A stretch of DNA of 64,000 bases from Lytechinus pictus (Eukaryota), in NCBI RefSeq assembly GCF_037042905.1, contig NC_087252.1, positions 11,780,001 through 11,844,000 on the forward strand, given 5' to 3'. The notes under the pieces are model-generated. The model had not been told where the DNA came from. It saw only the letters and a list, made by a program, of their open reading frames with translations, and did no database searches. Each line of letters begins with the position of its first letter. The first letter of the stretch is position 1. A program made the translations under genes and the position numbers. Positions 41,401 to 54,794 of this stretch are shown piece by piece.

Positions 41401-42879
41401 TGAATTGATTTTTATTTGTAATATTTTGTAATATTTATTTGTAATATTTCAAACAATTCTCCCAAAAGGTGACCAAGTTGTATTCACAAAAAACATTTCA
41501 ATTTTCTTTTATTTTCAGTGCTCATAACCCATGCAATTTTACGCCAGATACTACCGAAGGTAAATGTAACATTTTCGATCCACCTTGACTATAGTCTCCA
41601 ATAATTGTCAGACGATTGATTTTATTTAGTTTTTCATTCCAAAAAGAGGAGTAAATGAAAATTCCTTATTCTATTTTATTTGTTATTTACCTGGTGGTAA
41701 TGGACTCAGTTGTTGGACAGCTGAGCCCAGAATCTCAATACCAATTGTACTCATTAATGAGCAGTGGTAATCGCCGCTATCGTTCCTGTCAAGCTCTTTG
41801 ATTGTCAAATTTCCGCTGGAATTATCGGCTAGAAACCTGAATTTTGATGGAGATGGAATAGAATACCGTGAGCAGAGCTGATTCATCCAACATGAATGAG
41901 AGACCAAATGGACGTTGCTGCCCTTGGTCCACTCCACTCGCCGATATCTGGTTTCAGGTGTGAAGGAACAGACCAGAGTGAAATCTTCGCCGATGACTGG
42001 AAGAGAATTTGTCTGGATGGACACTTCGAATGCATGGTGTCCTGTGTGGTTGGAGAAGAATTGGATTTTAGGGAAGAATGGTTATTATGAAATACGTTTT
42101 CAACGTTATCTGAAGGATATCTTAACAGAACGATTTATGTAAATATATTTATGAAACTTCGGATTTACTTAACAAACTGTCGTCGGCGGTGATGGTGGTT
42201 TTGGTGGGCATTCTGTCTTTCCTAGAAAACAAAAATGTATTGATGTTTATCCACGTTTCTGTTGAGGTGTCGTTGTGTAGTGGTTCAGCCACTTGACTCT
42301 TAAAACAAGGGTCATGGGTTCGACTTCCACCCGACACTATTGTCATTCGGAAAGGCTAGGGTTAGGGCTTGTCACGTTTGTCACTTTCCCGAAATGTGTT
42401 TCCGGTAAGATGTGAACGTCCATGTGATTAGATTAGCACGTTTGCACCGATAAACGATTGTCTGGCTAGGATACTACCCAAGGAGTGGGGATGGTGCACT
42501 TTATGTGTCGAACAGTCATGGATCTTACATGACCGGGGTAAAATCAATTAGAAACCAAAGTATGAAGCGCTATATGAATGTAACTATTATTATTATCATT
42601 ATTATTGTTATTATTATTATTAACACATTGTCTCGATAATTTTTGAAAACTGAAACGATACGATAATGAGATCATTTATATTCCTCATGCTGAAAGAGTA
42701 TCTCAATTGTATGCATCTTACATTAAAGTCTAAAACGTACAACATTTCAAATCTTTATGATATCAAATATGCATGTTCCCAATTGAACTTCTTTAAAAGA
42801 GTAAACAAAATTTACCTATTGTTGAAGTGATTACACCAAGAAACACTGAAATAATTTCTCCACGAATGACCAGCATCAT
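38270..42879 (-). CDS. Cassette C5: leader + V + A + B + C + D + FN3 stub reading into a MITE
   Basis: Leader 42879-42816 (MMLVIRGEIISVFLGVITSTI), V 42041-41691, A 40774-40448, B 40244-39906, C 39609-39304, D 39047-38742, FN3 stub from 38499 with in-frame stop at 38272-38270. Confidence 0.87.
42264..42622 (+). mobile_element. tRNA-derived SINE in the C5 leader-V intron
   Basis: A-box TGTGTAGTGG, B-box GGTTCGACTTCC, (TAT)n tail. Absent from the paralogous C6 intron. Confidence 0.75.
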
Positions 42880-43130
42880 CCAGCAATTTAAGTTATGGAC
42901 ACAACAATGACAATTATATGCAGTATACGACGGCTGACTACGAGTGCAAGCCCAGAAAGTGATAATGGGATAAAAATTGTAAACCTACATACATGTATTG
43001 CTTAGGAGCATCGGACTAGGCATTATGAAGGTGTAGCCCCTCTTATATGTAATAGCGAATCGGTTTCATAACTTCGGGATAAATTTATCAAATGACGGTT
43101 TACTATGTAGGTATCATGCTAAATTTGTTA

Positions 43131-43148
43131 AACAAGAGTTGGCGCTCT
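43131..43148 (+). promoter_or_regulatory. CTCF-like CGCT motif upstream of C5
   Basis: aacaagAGTTGGCGCTct, about 260 bp upstream of the ATG. Confidence 0.45.
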
Positions 43149-43834
43149 TTCTATTAGGGATCATGGCAAAATTATTTTGTTGCGTGAAAGAATGATTGGC
43201 TTTAGAGTTAATAGGAGCATTGTGGTCTTTTTGATGAAAGAAATATATTTGAATTTGTTTATGGGACGCTCCTTAAGCTCAAGGCACATAACAGGTAAAT
43301 TCCTCAGGTAGTAAGGTCATTTTGTTGTTGTTTATTTTTTTTCTGCGCAACTTGAGTTATTTCGTACCACACGTGGTAATGTATTTCCTCCACACCTCAG
43401 AAAGCGTATGGCCTTGTGCAGTTATACCCCAAAAGAAAAGGCGAATTTTGTGCTTAGAACCAAAAGCCAGGAAGGCACATTTGATGAAGCACATTGCGAA
43501 CTCGCCAAAATAACCGTGCAGCTTTTCTCAAGAAACTTCCACGCGGACTGCTTTTCCACCCATGCACACAATTAAAAGTATTATTTGTAGTTTATTCTTG
43601 TGGATATCAACACATATTTAGGTATGCCAAATTCAGTGCTAGAATCAAACTCTTCCAAATATAAATCAAGAACACCAGTTCGCTTACTTCATATCTACCT
43701 TAGATCATCTGTATATGTATAGTGCGTTTAAGAGAGCAACATACATGTACAGAAATTGGTGGGGCGCATTTGATAGCCTATAAAGGGACAGGTCTGATTA
43801 TAATTAATTTTTATCTTCTTATACTCTAAATTAA

Positions 43835-44601
43835 CCCTAAATCTCCCGGGGTATTTTGATTCTTGTCATTCCGGGGGGGGGGGGGCATTACGACCCCCCT
43901 TAAGATCTCAGCCGCTGATAGCGCGATCGCAACGAAAATTTGCATGATGGTAGAAAATGACGTAATCTATGCATGTAAATTGGTAAATTTCACTGAATTC
44001 ATATATTTTTATTTTATATGATTTAATTATGCTTATTTATTCATGAAAACATACTTTTTGGCTCTGATTCACTAAATAAAGCTCCTAGAATGCTATTTTG
44101 GTGAAAATATTCTTTATAGCATTCCTAACAATTGTGAATGAAAAAAAATCTGGTACCAAGACCGATTTCTTATGTATTTTATTGTTTTGTTTTATTTCTT
44201 ATGTATTTCTTTGTTTTTTACTTTTTGTGTTTTATTGTATTTTTCGATGGAAATCATTCCAAACGTAATTCTGATCATAAACAAGGCAAAATTAATTAAG
44301 TTTAATCAGTAAAAGTAGAAATAATGATACATTTATGAATTTTGGCTAAATACATAATTTGCATTGGATTTGTACATGAAATCACGTTTATGAGCAATTT
44401 CGGGTCTGACATGCACTTACATAATGTTGCGTAATGTCGTAACCGCGTACCCGGGCGTCACAAATTTGGTCTCAAAATTTGCGCGAGACTTGGAAGTAAA
44501 ATGTCAGCGTGCGGCGAGGTAAAAAAAATTGCGCAGAATATATATCGCGAAAATTGTCGAGGGGGGGGGGGCATTATGCCCCCCCCCCGGGAGAATTAGG
44601 G
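43835..44601. mobile_element. piggyBac-like MITE
   Basis: TTAA|CCCTAAATCTCCCGGGG...CCCGGGAGAATTAGGG|T-TTAA. Empty site at about 37100-37120. Confidence 0.8.
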
Positions 44602-44931
44602 TTTAAAGTGTAGAGACGCGATACAAACTCTTCTATCACGTTAAGCAACGTACGTTTCGGAAAATGACTGACTACTCGAATGAATTGATTAATAATGTCG
44701 AAAAAAAGTAAGCAGTTATTATGCGAAAAAAAACGTACGAGAACGTATAAATAATATTCCAAAAGAATATGAACTCAAGTTTATTAGACTGAAATAGATA
44801 TAACTACGATTTGCCCTACAGACATCATTTTAAAGCCATTCAAAAAAAAACACCGGAGGGTAAACAATCCAACTGGGGAAAAAAGATGTCATGAAACAGG
44901 AAATGTAGACTTACATTTCTTAATGCGTCGA

Positions 44932-45529
44932 TTTTTTATTTTATTTATTTTTTTTTATTTTTTATTTTGTTATTGCCAAGCCTTCCGGAATTTAAATACA
45001 TCTGTTAGCCTTCCTACACAATTATAGCCTTAATTTTCCAGTTACTTTGACCTATAACTACTCACATTGTAACAATATGTAAACCAGTGGTAGACTATGA
45101 ACGAACATCTTTTATTTTTTGATGAGTGTAGTACAAAGCGTCAATGTTTCTCTATGTGCAATACTTAATTTCTTATGATGATAATGTGAATAATAAAAGG
45201 ATAGTAATATGATATTAATAGTAATGATAAAAATATAATAATAAAATCTTAGAGTAATCATGATAATGAATCAAATAATAAATGGATATAGAATGATTGT
45301 ATTACAATGATGATTGATTTCGCAATAACGTATGTATGTATTATTTACCTCAGGCATGTGATTATTTTTTTTTACGTAATTGATTGTGTTTCTAATTCCC
45401 GTTTTTCATTATGTTGTAATTTTTATGTATACTGTGTATTTGATTTTATGTCTAAAAATCTGTAATTCGGCCTTCTGGCCGCGAATGATTTTCTTTGTTC
45501 AAATAAACCATTTCTATTCTATTCTATTC
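44932..45529 (+). mobile_element. AT-rich insertion ending in AATAAA + (ATTCT)n, probable retroelement 3' tail
   Basis: Interrupts AATGCGACGATCAATAGACATCA, which is uninterrupted at about 37390 and 50712. Confidence 0.45.
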
Positions 45530-45757
45530 ACTAGGCATCAAAGAAGATAAAGGCATATTTTAAATCAATTGAAAAAGAAAGAAAGCAAACCAAAGAAAAA
45601 AAAATATTACCATATAAAATAGTGATGGAAGGAAATGAACGATAACAGTGCCATTTTACTCGTTAGAACTGGACATTTATTTAGTTAAAAAAAAAGGTAC
45701 AGATTCGCCTCTTTGTGGAGCTTTAACTTGTGCTAGTTCTTTGATAACGAAGATTGC

Positions 45758-48700
45758 TTAGGATGTTGTCTGGTTCTGGTCGATGATGAGCCGAGAAAGT
45801 GGATCAGGGATGGCTGGATTTTATTGTAAGGGGATAATAGATGCAGAATGAAACTCGCCCCGATTTACTAATATTTACCATTGTGAATAATCGATTATGT
45901 ATGAATAATTGCAGAAGCTGGTGACGCAGAATAGTCGAGCAAATATTTGTGGAAGCGGGCACTAAATCATCGCTTTGCTACAATTATTGGCTGTGAAACA
46001 CAAAGTAAACACGACTCACAACATGGGGATTGAATAGAAACGAAATTTTCTTCTTACCGTATGACGTCGAGTTTAAGACTGCAGTTCCTGAGCCATATGC
46101 GGAAATACCGATGCATCTGAACTCACAATGATCTGCCGAACGGGGCTCTCCAATTGTTAGTTCGGTTGAAGTCACAGTATCACCTTCTATCACAGTGTCG
46201 TTGAACGTTATATTGTCGCAGTCTTGACGTTTTGTACAGTTACAGAGCCACTGAATTGTGGACGCAGGAGGATTGGCATCTGACGTACATTTCAATACAA
46301 AACCGACATGTACCCCTGTCTCGACAAGTCGTCGAGAAGTAATGGATACAATCGGGCCGTCTAGCAAACAGAAAATAATTTTTAGAAATAATGAGTGATT
46401 TTGAAATGCATTTCGAGCAGGGAAATATCATTAACATACTCTCTATCTAGTTGTCATCCACCCACTGTGTTTTTTTAAAGAAAAAGGAAAAACAATATTA
46501 AATCCAAATTCAACTTTCATTAAGACATAATTATAAACAATTCAGGTCTATGCTCCTTTATGTTTTTTTTCCTGTTATAAATACTCACACGATATGTTTA
46601 GAACCATGCTGTCGTTCACTGAACGAAACAAGAATGTTTCAGGTTGAACTGCCTGACAGAGAAGACGTTTTCCATGATCAAACATATTTGGTACGAAGAT
46701 CAGAGTGCTTATAGAATCATATCGATTAGCAGAATTCAATGAAGATTTTAGCGATGAATTATCTGTCAGGTTTCTTGACCCAATGTACCAATGAATGAGA
46801 GGAGCTGGGTATCCATTAGATGTTCTGCATGTTACATTTGTTTCCATACCATCGTGGAGATCGACTGGAATGGTAATATTAGCGTCATCTGGTAGGCCTT
46901 GCATGAGAAGAGAAAGGACAATTATTTCGAGTGAAGCAATATGAATAATAATACTGCTTTGGTGCAGAACATACTTATTATGCAGCGTTTCATAAATCAG
47001 CATGACAAACTAAAGTTCTTTGTTCAGATGAAGTAAAATAGATGGCATTGAGTTAATAACACTGTTCGTAGTTTCAGTTATGAGGTTGTTGAATTTTAGA
47101 AGTTTAGTAGACACACTCTGCTTGCTTAGCTGATTACTTTGACGAGGAGTATCCATGTGTCAATGCACTGTCGGGTGATGTAATTTATAGGAATATTGAC
47201 ATAATATATTATATTTGATTATGATACTCACCGTAAACTACTAATTTGGCAGATTCCACGCCAACAAGTTCTTTTTCCATGAATGCAAAACATTGAATGT
47301 ATTTTCCATGGTCAGTTTTCGTCGGATGTATTTGGATCGTAGTCTCAGTGTCGAACAAATTGTCATCCAAATGACTTGAAGTCTTTGAAGAGTGTGTGAT
47401 GGGAATAATGTCAGAGCCATAAAGAAGAGACACTGGTAGTTCCACTGCTGGGAAGGATCCAATACTTTTACACGTGATTGATGTCGGTAAGTTTTCCTGA
47501 ACGTATATGTCAGTTGACTGAGACTGGGTAATTCCCGTTGTAAAGAGTAACACATTCTTAGGCCAAACTACAAAATAGAAAAAAAAAAACAAGGTGACGG
47601 AAAGCGAAATAGCAAGAAAGCGAGAAAGAGAAAGTATATCGACTAGACATGATTATGATGGGACCAAATATTGCATGAGGCGAAGAAGTGATCGATCATT
47701 TTAACGATGCAAACAAAAAACCCAACAAAGTAACAGAAAAATATATAAATGACGTTAATTCATGTCAAGGCAGTAATCTGCGTCTTGTTGACCTGAAAAG
47801 TGGCAACCTTTGACTCGGGTGAGGACACAGAACGTTACAGGTTAACGTTAAATCTACGTAATAAATACCTTGGATATTCAGGATGGTTGAGCATTGAAGG
47901 TCACTTTCTACTTCAGAATGTGACGCGATGCAGCTAAGAATTTTTCCTTGGTCATTCCTGGAAGGTGTTATCGTTAAAGGTCTCCGAGAGGTGTAAAAGT
48001 TGTCTTGTACGAAATGAGACTGATGTTGAAGAGCAACATCAGTGCCACCTGGTATTCTCCATTTCAGTCCTGCGGGAGGTCTTGCTTGCGTTGCTTCACA
48101 GTTAATGGCATATGGTTCTCCAGCTTTTACCGTTATAGATAAGTTGTTAAAGTAGTAACAACTTGCTCTTCTGTCATTGATAATGATCCTATTTGGTGGA
48201 TCTTGTGACAGAAAAAAATGATAAAAGAGGAAAAGGTATTTTTTCTTACTTACTACCGTGTTTAATTTCTCAACTTCATATAATCTACCCCAGTGCTATC
48301 GGCGGTGGAAGGGGGGGGGGGGTCTTTCAGCTATTTTCATTCCGTGCAGATCTTGCTGCCTGAGGCACAGTACATTAAAATTGTTTAAAACTACAATAAA
48401 AAGTATTACTAAAAATAATTATGAGGGAAATTATTATACTCAATAGAGAAGGGAAAAAAGTAATCTCGTGTGTTTAAGTTAGTTTCAGTGCCCCCTCTTT
48501 CTCCTCATCTGCTTGAAATGAAAAAAAGAGAGTATCTGGTGTGTATCGAATACCCAAAGACACAGACACACACACATACACAATAAGAAGAAAATGATTA
48601 AGAAGTGCCGTATACATAGTACAGTTACATTGTTATTATGAGCGGCATGTTCTATTTTTGGGATGTAACAGAAATCACATGTGTATGTGCATTCATTTAA

Positions 48701-49500
48701 AGGATCAACATACATCGGGATAATGTAATAACCTGCTGGCTAGCTGATCCTGAAATCTCGTTCCCATTTGTCCTGCTTAATGAACAACGGTATTCGCCGT
48801 CATCATTCTCGTCAAGCTTTTTGATTGTTAAATTTCCACCGGCATGATCGGCGAGAAAGCTGTATTTCGATGCGGACCGAACATAATGCATACAGGGGTG
48901 GTTCATCCTACAAGAATGAGAGGCCACTTGGATATTTCCATCATTTGTCCAAATCACTTGCCGATATCTGGTTTCAGGTGTGAAGGAACAGACCAGAGTG
49001 AAATCTTCACCGATTACTGGAAGAGCGTCTGTCTGGATAGACACTTCAAATGCATGGTGTCCTGTAAGGTTGAAGAAAGATGTGATTTTAGGGAACAAAC
49101 TCGTGATATGTTTTACATGGGATACGTTTTTATTGTTATTTGCCATTTGAACAGTGGACGCAAATCTCTGATTTTTTTTAAGAAACCGTCGTCGCCAGTG
49201 ATGGTAATATTGATGGTTAGTCAGTCTTTTCTAGAAATAATTGTATTGCCATTCATGTCAAGATTTTGGAAATTGAAACGATCAGAAACTTAGATCATTT
49301 ATATATTCTCCATGCTGAGACGGCATCAAAGTGGTATGCACGTTTTTTTTTCTAGACCTACAACTTAATAACATTTATCTTCAAGTTCCCAATTGAACTA
49401 CTTTAGAATAGCAAAAAAAGTATACATAAACTTTACCTATTGTTGAAGTGATAATACCAAGAAACACGAACATATTTTCTCCACGAATAACCAACATCAT
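45758..49500 (-). CDS. Cassette C4: leader + V + A + B + C + D + FN3 stub
   Basis: Leader 49500-49437 (MMLVIRGENMFVFLGIITSTI), V 49061-48714, A 48201-47869, B 47567-47232, C 46897-46589, D 46360-46058, FN3 stub 45813-45758 (AIPDPLSRLIIDQNQTTS*). All phase 1 and open. Confidence 0.87.
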
Positions 49501-49748
49501 CCAGCATGTTAAGATATCAACACAATGGCAAGTAGTGTTCAGTACACGGCAGCTGACTACGAGTACAAGCAAAGTGAATGACAACGGGAGAAAATATGTA
49601 AGCTTACAAACATGATGAATATATATTTACTGTATTTGAGTATCGGTCGGTGATGTATGACGTGGTAGGTCCTACTGGTATCTATTACCGAATCAGTTTC
49701 ATAACTATGAAAGAAACAATGTAGCTAGGTATTAAGCTACATTCTTTG

Positions 49749-49766
49749 AACAAAAGCTGGCGCTCT
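49749..49766 (+). promoter_or_regulatory. CTCF-like CGCT motif upstream of C4
   Basis: aacaaaAGCTGGCGCTct, about 255 bp upstream of the ATG. Confidence 0.45.
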
Positions 49767-50944
49767 TACTGCCAGCGATCATGGCAAATTACTTTCTGTA
49801 GAAAAAAATAAATGGCTATGGAGGTAACCGAAGCATTGTGCTCATTTTAATGAAGGTAATAATATATTTTTGCATTCTCTTAAAGAAGGGTGCAAAGCAG
49901 GTGTATTTCTGAAGGAATAGGGTCATTATTTTATTTTATTTTTTTGTGGCCTCGCAACTTAAGCTTTCTTGTACCTTTTATGTTCATGAATTTCATCGAC
50001 AAGGAATGGTATAGATATAAGGACAATTTTTCTACATTATGAAATGCGGGAACGAACATACCATAGCGCACATTTTGAACTCGCCTAAAAGATCACATTT
50101 TCTCAAAAACCTCGTGCACACTGCATTTCCACCCACGTTTCTTGCTATGTGCATTATTTGCATTACATTATTGTGCAGAGCATTATCTATTCACACACCA
50201 TAATTTTACATCTATAATCAAACTTTTCCAAAAATAGATTTAAAAACATACCCCCAAAATTCAAGAACACCATTTCGCTTAGTTCAGATCTACCGTAGAT
50301 CAGCCGTGTATTATCATACTTTAAATATTTTTTTTTTGAAAGCGAATAGTCCATTAATAAGGAACATTACTGTTTGGAATTTATTTTCATCATATCTTAC
50401 TCTTATACAAATTGTAGAAACGTCGATACTCTTATACAAATTGTAGATACGGGATACCATCTCTTCTCCTCTCACATTACTCAACGTACGTTTCTGAAAA
50501 TGACAAACCACTCTAGGACGCAGGTCACTGATGCCGGAAAAAGCAGAGAATATAAAAACAAGTACCTATGATAAAGTATAATAAACTATTCCAAAATAAT
50601 TTGAACTTACATTTATTAGACTGAAATAAATAGACTACGATGATACAGACATCATTATAGGCTGGACACAAGTTGGAAAAAGGTAATGTGAAGCTGAAAC
50701 TTAATTCATTTAATGCGACGATCAGTAGACATCAGAGAACAACATATTTAAGATCAATTGCAAAAGATGAAACATAAGCAAAGTAGATAAGTTTCCTTCT
50801 CAGAATTAGGACCAAATAAAAACGTTACGAAAAGAAATGATGAGTAATATCTGACTAATTGGACAGTGACTAGTTTCGAATGCTTACCGATTCAACCCTT
50901 TGTGGACCTATGACATGTCCTTGTTCTTTTCCAACAAAGATGGT

Positions 50945-53900
50945 TTAAGATGTCGTCTGGTTCTGGTCGACGATGAGCCAAGAAGATGGATCCGGAATAG
51001 CTAAATTTTTAAGGTAGAGAGTTGGGAAAGAATATTTTGCAAACAGAGTTATGGTTACGTACATTACTTGTAGTAATTAATCTTGAAATAATGATTTAAA
51101 GCGGACCTAACTCATTGCATTAAGTATTCCAAGGTGATACTTCACGGAATCCAGAATATGCGTTTTGACTTAGATTATCAATTTCTGAGCTCAATGCTGT
51201 GTAAAGAAGTCCTTTATGGTACATGTATATTAAACTTAAGCAATATAGGAATCTAACTGTAGTTCTTTGTATATGTCATCTACGGCATTACCCTGATGGC
51301 ACAATCTCACGCACATGGATTTAAAAATGCATGATTCAGTAAACATAGAAAAAAAATTAAACCTCTAATACATGTATGAAAAATTATGGTTGAGGGTGTC
51401 TTTAGTGCTTTTAAGATTGTAAACCGTATACATTCAAGAACTGGTCGACCGGTTCGAGAGTTTGATGTAAATGAAATAATTTCAAGATATTACAGATCGT
51501 GTATTCAAGTGTAAAACACCTCTGTAAGTAGTCGCTGAATGCAAAACTAGACATGTACCATTTGCAGTCTTACGAATATTTGTATAACCCTTTGTCACAT
51601 GCTGAATTGTTTTGTCAAAGTTTTGACAGTTTGATAATAATATCAATATATTTGATAACATACTCACATAATACGTTTAGAACCAAGCTGTCATTTATTG
51701 ACTGCATTCGGTGTGTTTGAGATTGAAATGCCCGGCAAATCAGAAGTTTCCCATGGTCGAACCTCGATGGTATAAGTGACAGAATACTCGTAGTGTCATA
51801 GCGATGAGCTGGATTCCCTGAAGTACTCAGCGATGAATTATCTGTCACGTTCATTGATCCGATGTACCAATGAATGAGAGGAGTGGGGTATCCATTAAAA
51901 GCCCTGCAAATTACGTTGGTTTCCAGGCCGTCGTGTAGTTCCTCCGATATTGTCATTTTAATATAATCTGGTAGGCCTTTTCAGACAAAACAAAATATAA
52001 AACCTTTATGAGAATAATACAATTTTACTTGTATGTAATTCATAAATACTTCAATGTCATTTATACTTATCGGCAGGGGGAAGCCTAGATATAACATTAA
52101 TTTCTGATTGAACAAATTAACTATGTTAAAATGACATGGATTGATAACTACGTTGTGGAAGTCGTTTTAATAATATAGGATAGTAGTAGTAACATCTTTC
52201 AGACTTTCTCATTCCAACATTCGTGGTATTACTACGAATATTGCAAGCATAATATGATGGAATTTATCACTTACCAATGACCCATAAAGTGGCTGTAAGT
52301 ATGTCAACAAAGGCCCCGTCCAGAGATATATAGCATTGAATTAAATTCCCATGGTCTGTCTTCTCCGGGTGTATTGTGATGCTACTTTCGGTGTCAAATA
52401 AAGTATCATCCATAATATTACGCGTCTTTGAAAGGTTTCCGTTTATGGGGATACTGGTATCGTTACCAATTAGTGTCCACAATAGTTCAGTCACTGGGAA
52501 TGAGGCAATTGTCTTACAAGTGATTGAAGTCGGTGAATCTTCTTGCACGTTTAGGACTTTTTGCAGCGATTCAATTCCACTTCCAGTTAGAAAGATCATC
52601 ATTCTAGAAGGATGAAGTAGATTTAAAGAGGGAGATAACACTTCTGACTGATAACCAGCAAACTCATTATTATTTCAACATTCATCATTTCATATGGCTG
52701 TATTTTTGTTTTACGCAAAAAAGAAACATCAGAAAATAATACAACATTACTGTGAAGCCTTCATGACCTTCACTCCTGTCTTTGTGTGACGGACGTGTCC
52801 AAGAATGCCCCGCCATATCGATCACACCAATGACCCTGCTACAAATCAAGTGAGCATGGAGAGTTTTTTTTTTTTATCTAATCATGACCGCCGATATTCC
52901 TATTTGATTATTAAATCTTGAACAATCTTGGATAAATTTTATCAATGACAAACTTTAAGCTTGTCCCATACGCCAGCTAGACAAAGCAAAGACTAATGTT
53001 GAAATCTAGATTCTGCTCGTATTTTTTTCATGCATAGCATAGTTTTAATTTCCATATTTTTCTCCGAATGTTAGGCATATACGTTGTGTGATCACACAAG
53101 TCCGAGGTTTATGGCGTTATTATGCGCATGGTGCACGTACTTTTACAAAGTGACCTAAACAGATTCTGCGGAACAAGAGACTCATACAATGAAAGCGTAG
53201 GGGCACCTATTGTTTGGCAGACAAAAGGTGCCCCTCCACTTTCTTTGTCCGAGCCTGATGTTCCACCGTCTCTGGACCTAACCCCCCATGTTCCTCATTA
53301 GATACATAGTATATGAATGCCTACCTGCGATTCACTTTAAAATGATCAATCAAATTGGAAATAATTTTTTTGTTTGTGTTTTAAAAATGATTAACTTTAT
53401 GCTTTAAATTTTTTGGAATTACTGTTATCGTTTACTTCAACGCGCAAGGTTTTGAGCGCCGGTAAAACATTAACATTATGATCTTGATAAATATAAAAAT
53501 CGTGTTAAGGAGATGGGACGAAGTAAAGGACAGTTCGTCAGTGAAGTTATTTGAAATTAAGTATTTATTATAAGACATTGTTACACCGTGACAGTCATTT
53601 TACGAATTATTCAATTGAAAACGTATAACACATTACCATAAGATTTTTTTTTTCAATCCCGACCCATAATATTCATTGTTAAAAGCCCATGTAATGTCCG
53701 AACATACCTGCTATTAATGGCATCACTTGCTTGCTTGCTGATCCAACACTCACTGTCCCGTACGTGCTGCGTAATAAGCAGTGGTATATATATCCATCAT
53801 TTTCGTGAAGCCTTTTAATTGTTAAATTTCCGGTGGAAGTATCGGCTAAAAAGCTGAATTTCGATGACGAACGAATGTCATAAGAGCAGTAATCGTTCTT

Positions 53901-54542
53901 CAAACATGAATGAGATGCTACCTGGATGTTGCTGCCCTTGGTCCAAATTACTCGCCGATATCTAGTTTCAGGTGTGAAGGAACAGACCAGGGTGAAATCT
54001 TGCCCGATGACCGGAAGAGAGTTGTATGTCTGGATAGATACTTCAAATGCACAGTGTCCTGTATTGTTGAAAGAAAACGGGGATTTGAGGGAACAATCCT
54101 TGGAAAATGTCTAACCATAAATGTTTAATACTCCGTGGGCTAACGTTTGGAACAGTTATGTATTCAACTCCCCCATTAAAGGAGAAACTTGTTACAAAAC
54201 TATAAACAATTTATATGGATATATTTTACTTTTACTAGAAAGCATCCTTCGCTGATAAGAGGGATTATTTATTTCTTCTTTTACTAACACCTTTTTTTTA
54301 CATCCACTAACTATAAATGTCCGAATTATACTCCTTAAAAGGCTTACGACAGCCTCTCACAGGTTTGCATGTAATCATCCCCTTTTTCTAAATCGAATTT
54401 AGTAACACACGCATAGTTATAAAGTTCTACGTTCCCACATCGACAGCGGTTTGAAAATTAAAAAAAAATGAACAGATTTACCAAAGTTTGAAATGATAAG
54501 GCCAAGAAACAGGAAAACAATTTCTCCGCGAATGACCATCAT
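50945..54542 (-). CDS. Cassette C3: leader + V-Ig + B + C + FN3 stub (A and D exons absent; B acceptor mutated)
   Basis: Leader 54542-54482 (MMVIRGEIVFLFLGLIISNF), V 54058-53708, B 52616 (or 52640)-52275, C 51976-51668, FN3 stub 51000-50945 (AIPDPSSWLIVDQNQTTS*). Confidence 0.75.
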
Positions 54543-54776
54543 TGTTCAGCCAGTGACACAAACAGTTCCGAGAAATCTTTGAAGTAAATTGCTTGATTAA
54601 GAATAAAACAAGCAATGAGAGATGGAACAATTGTGAAACTAAGAGCCCGTGCATTCTGGAGTATTGGCTGGTGATTAATGACAATGTAGTCATTGTAGTA
54701 TCTAATAGCAAATCGATGTCACGAGCATGAAAGAAATTCATTAGAATGAAAAGGCATATACCATGCCATATTGGTT

Positions 54777-54794
54777 TATAAGAGATGGCGCTCT
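54777..54794 (+). promoter_or_regulatory. CTCF-like CGCT motif upstream of C3
   Basis: tataagAGATGGCGCTct, about 240 bp upstream of the ATG, inside a block conserved in C3-C6. Confidence 0.5.

Noticed and set aside
42264-42340. tRNA gene
   Set aside because: The A/B boxes are followed by a SINE body and (TAT)n tail, with no convincing cloverleaf. The fragment at about 9420-9475 is likewise a SINE-like head.
48844-49293. Plus-strand ORFs over Ig exons (also 41896, 53910, 56790, 61027, 62498)
   Set aside because: They are antisense shadows of minus-strand exons. Their mutual similarity follows from exon paralogy.
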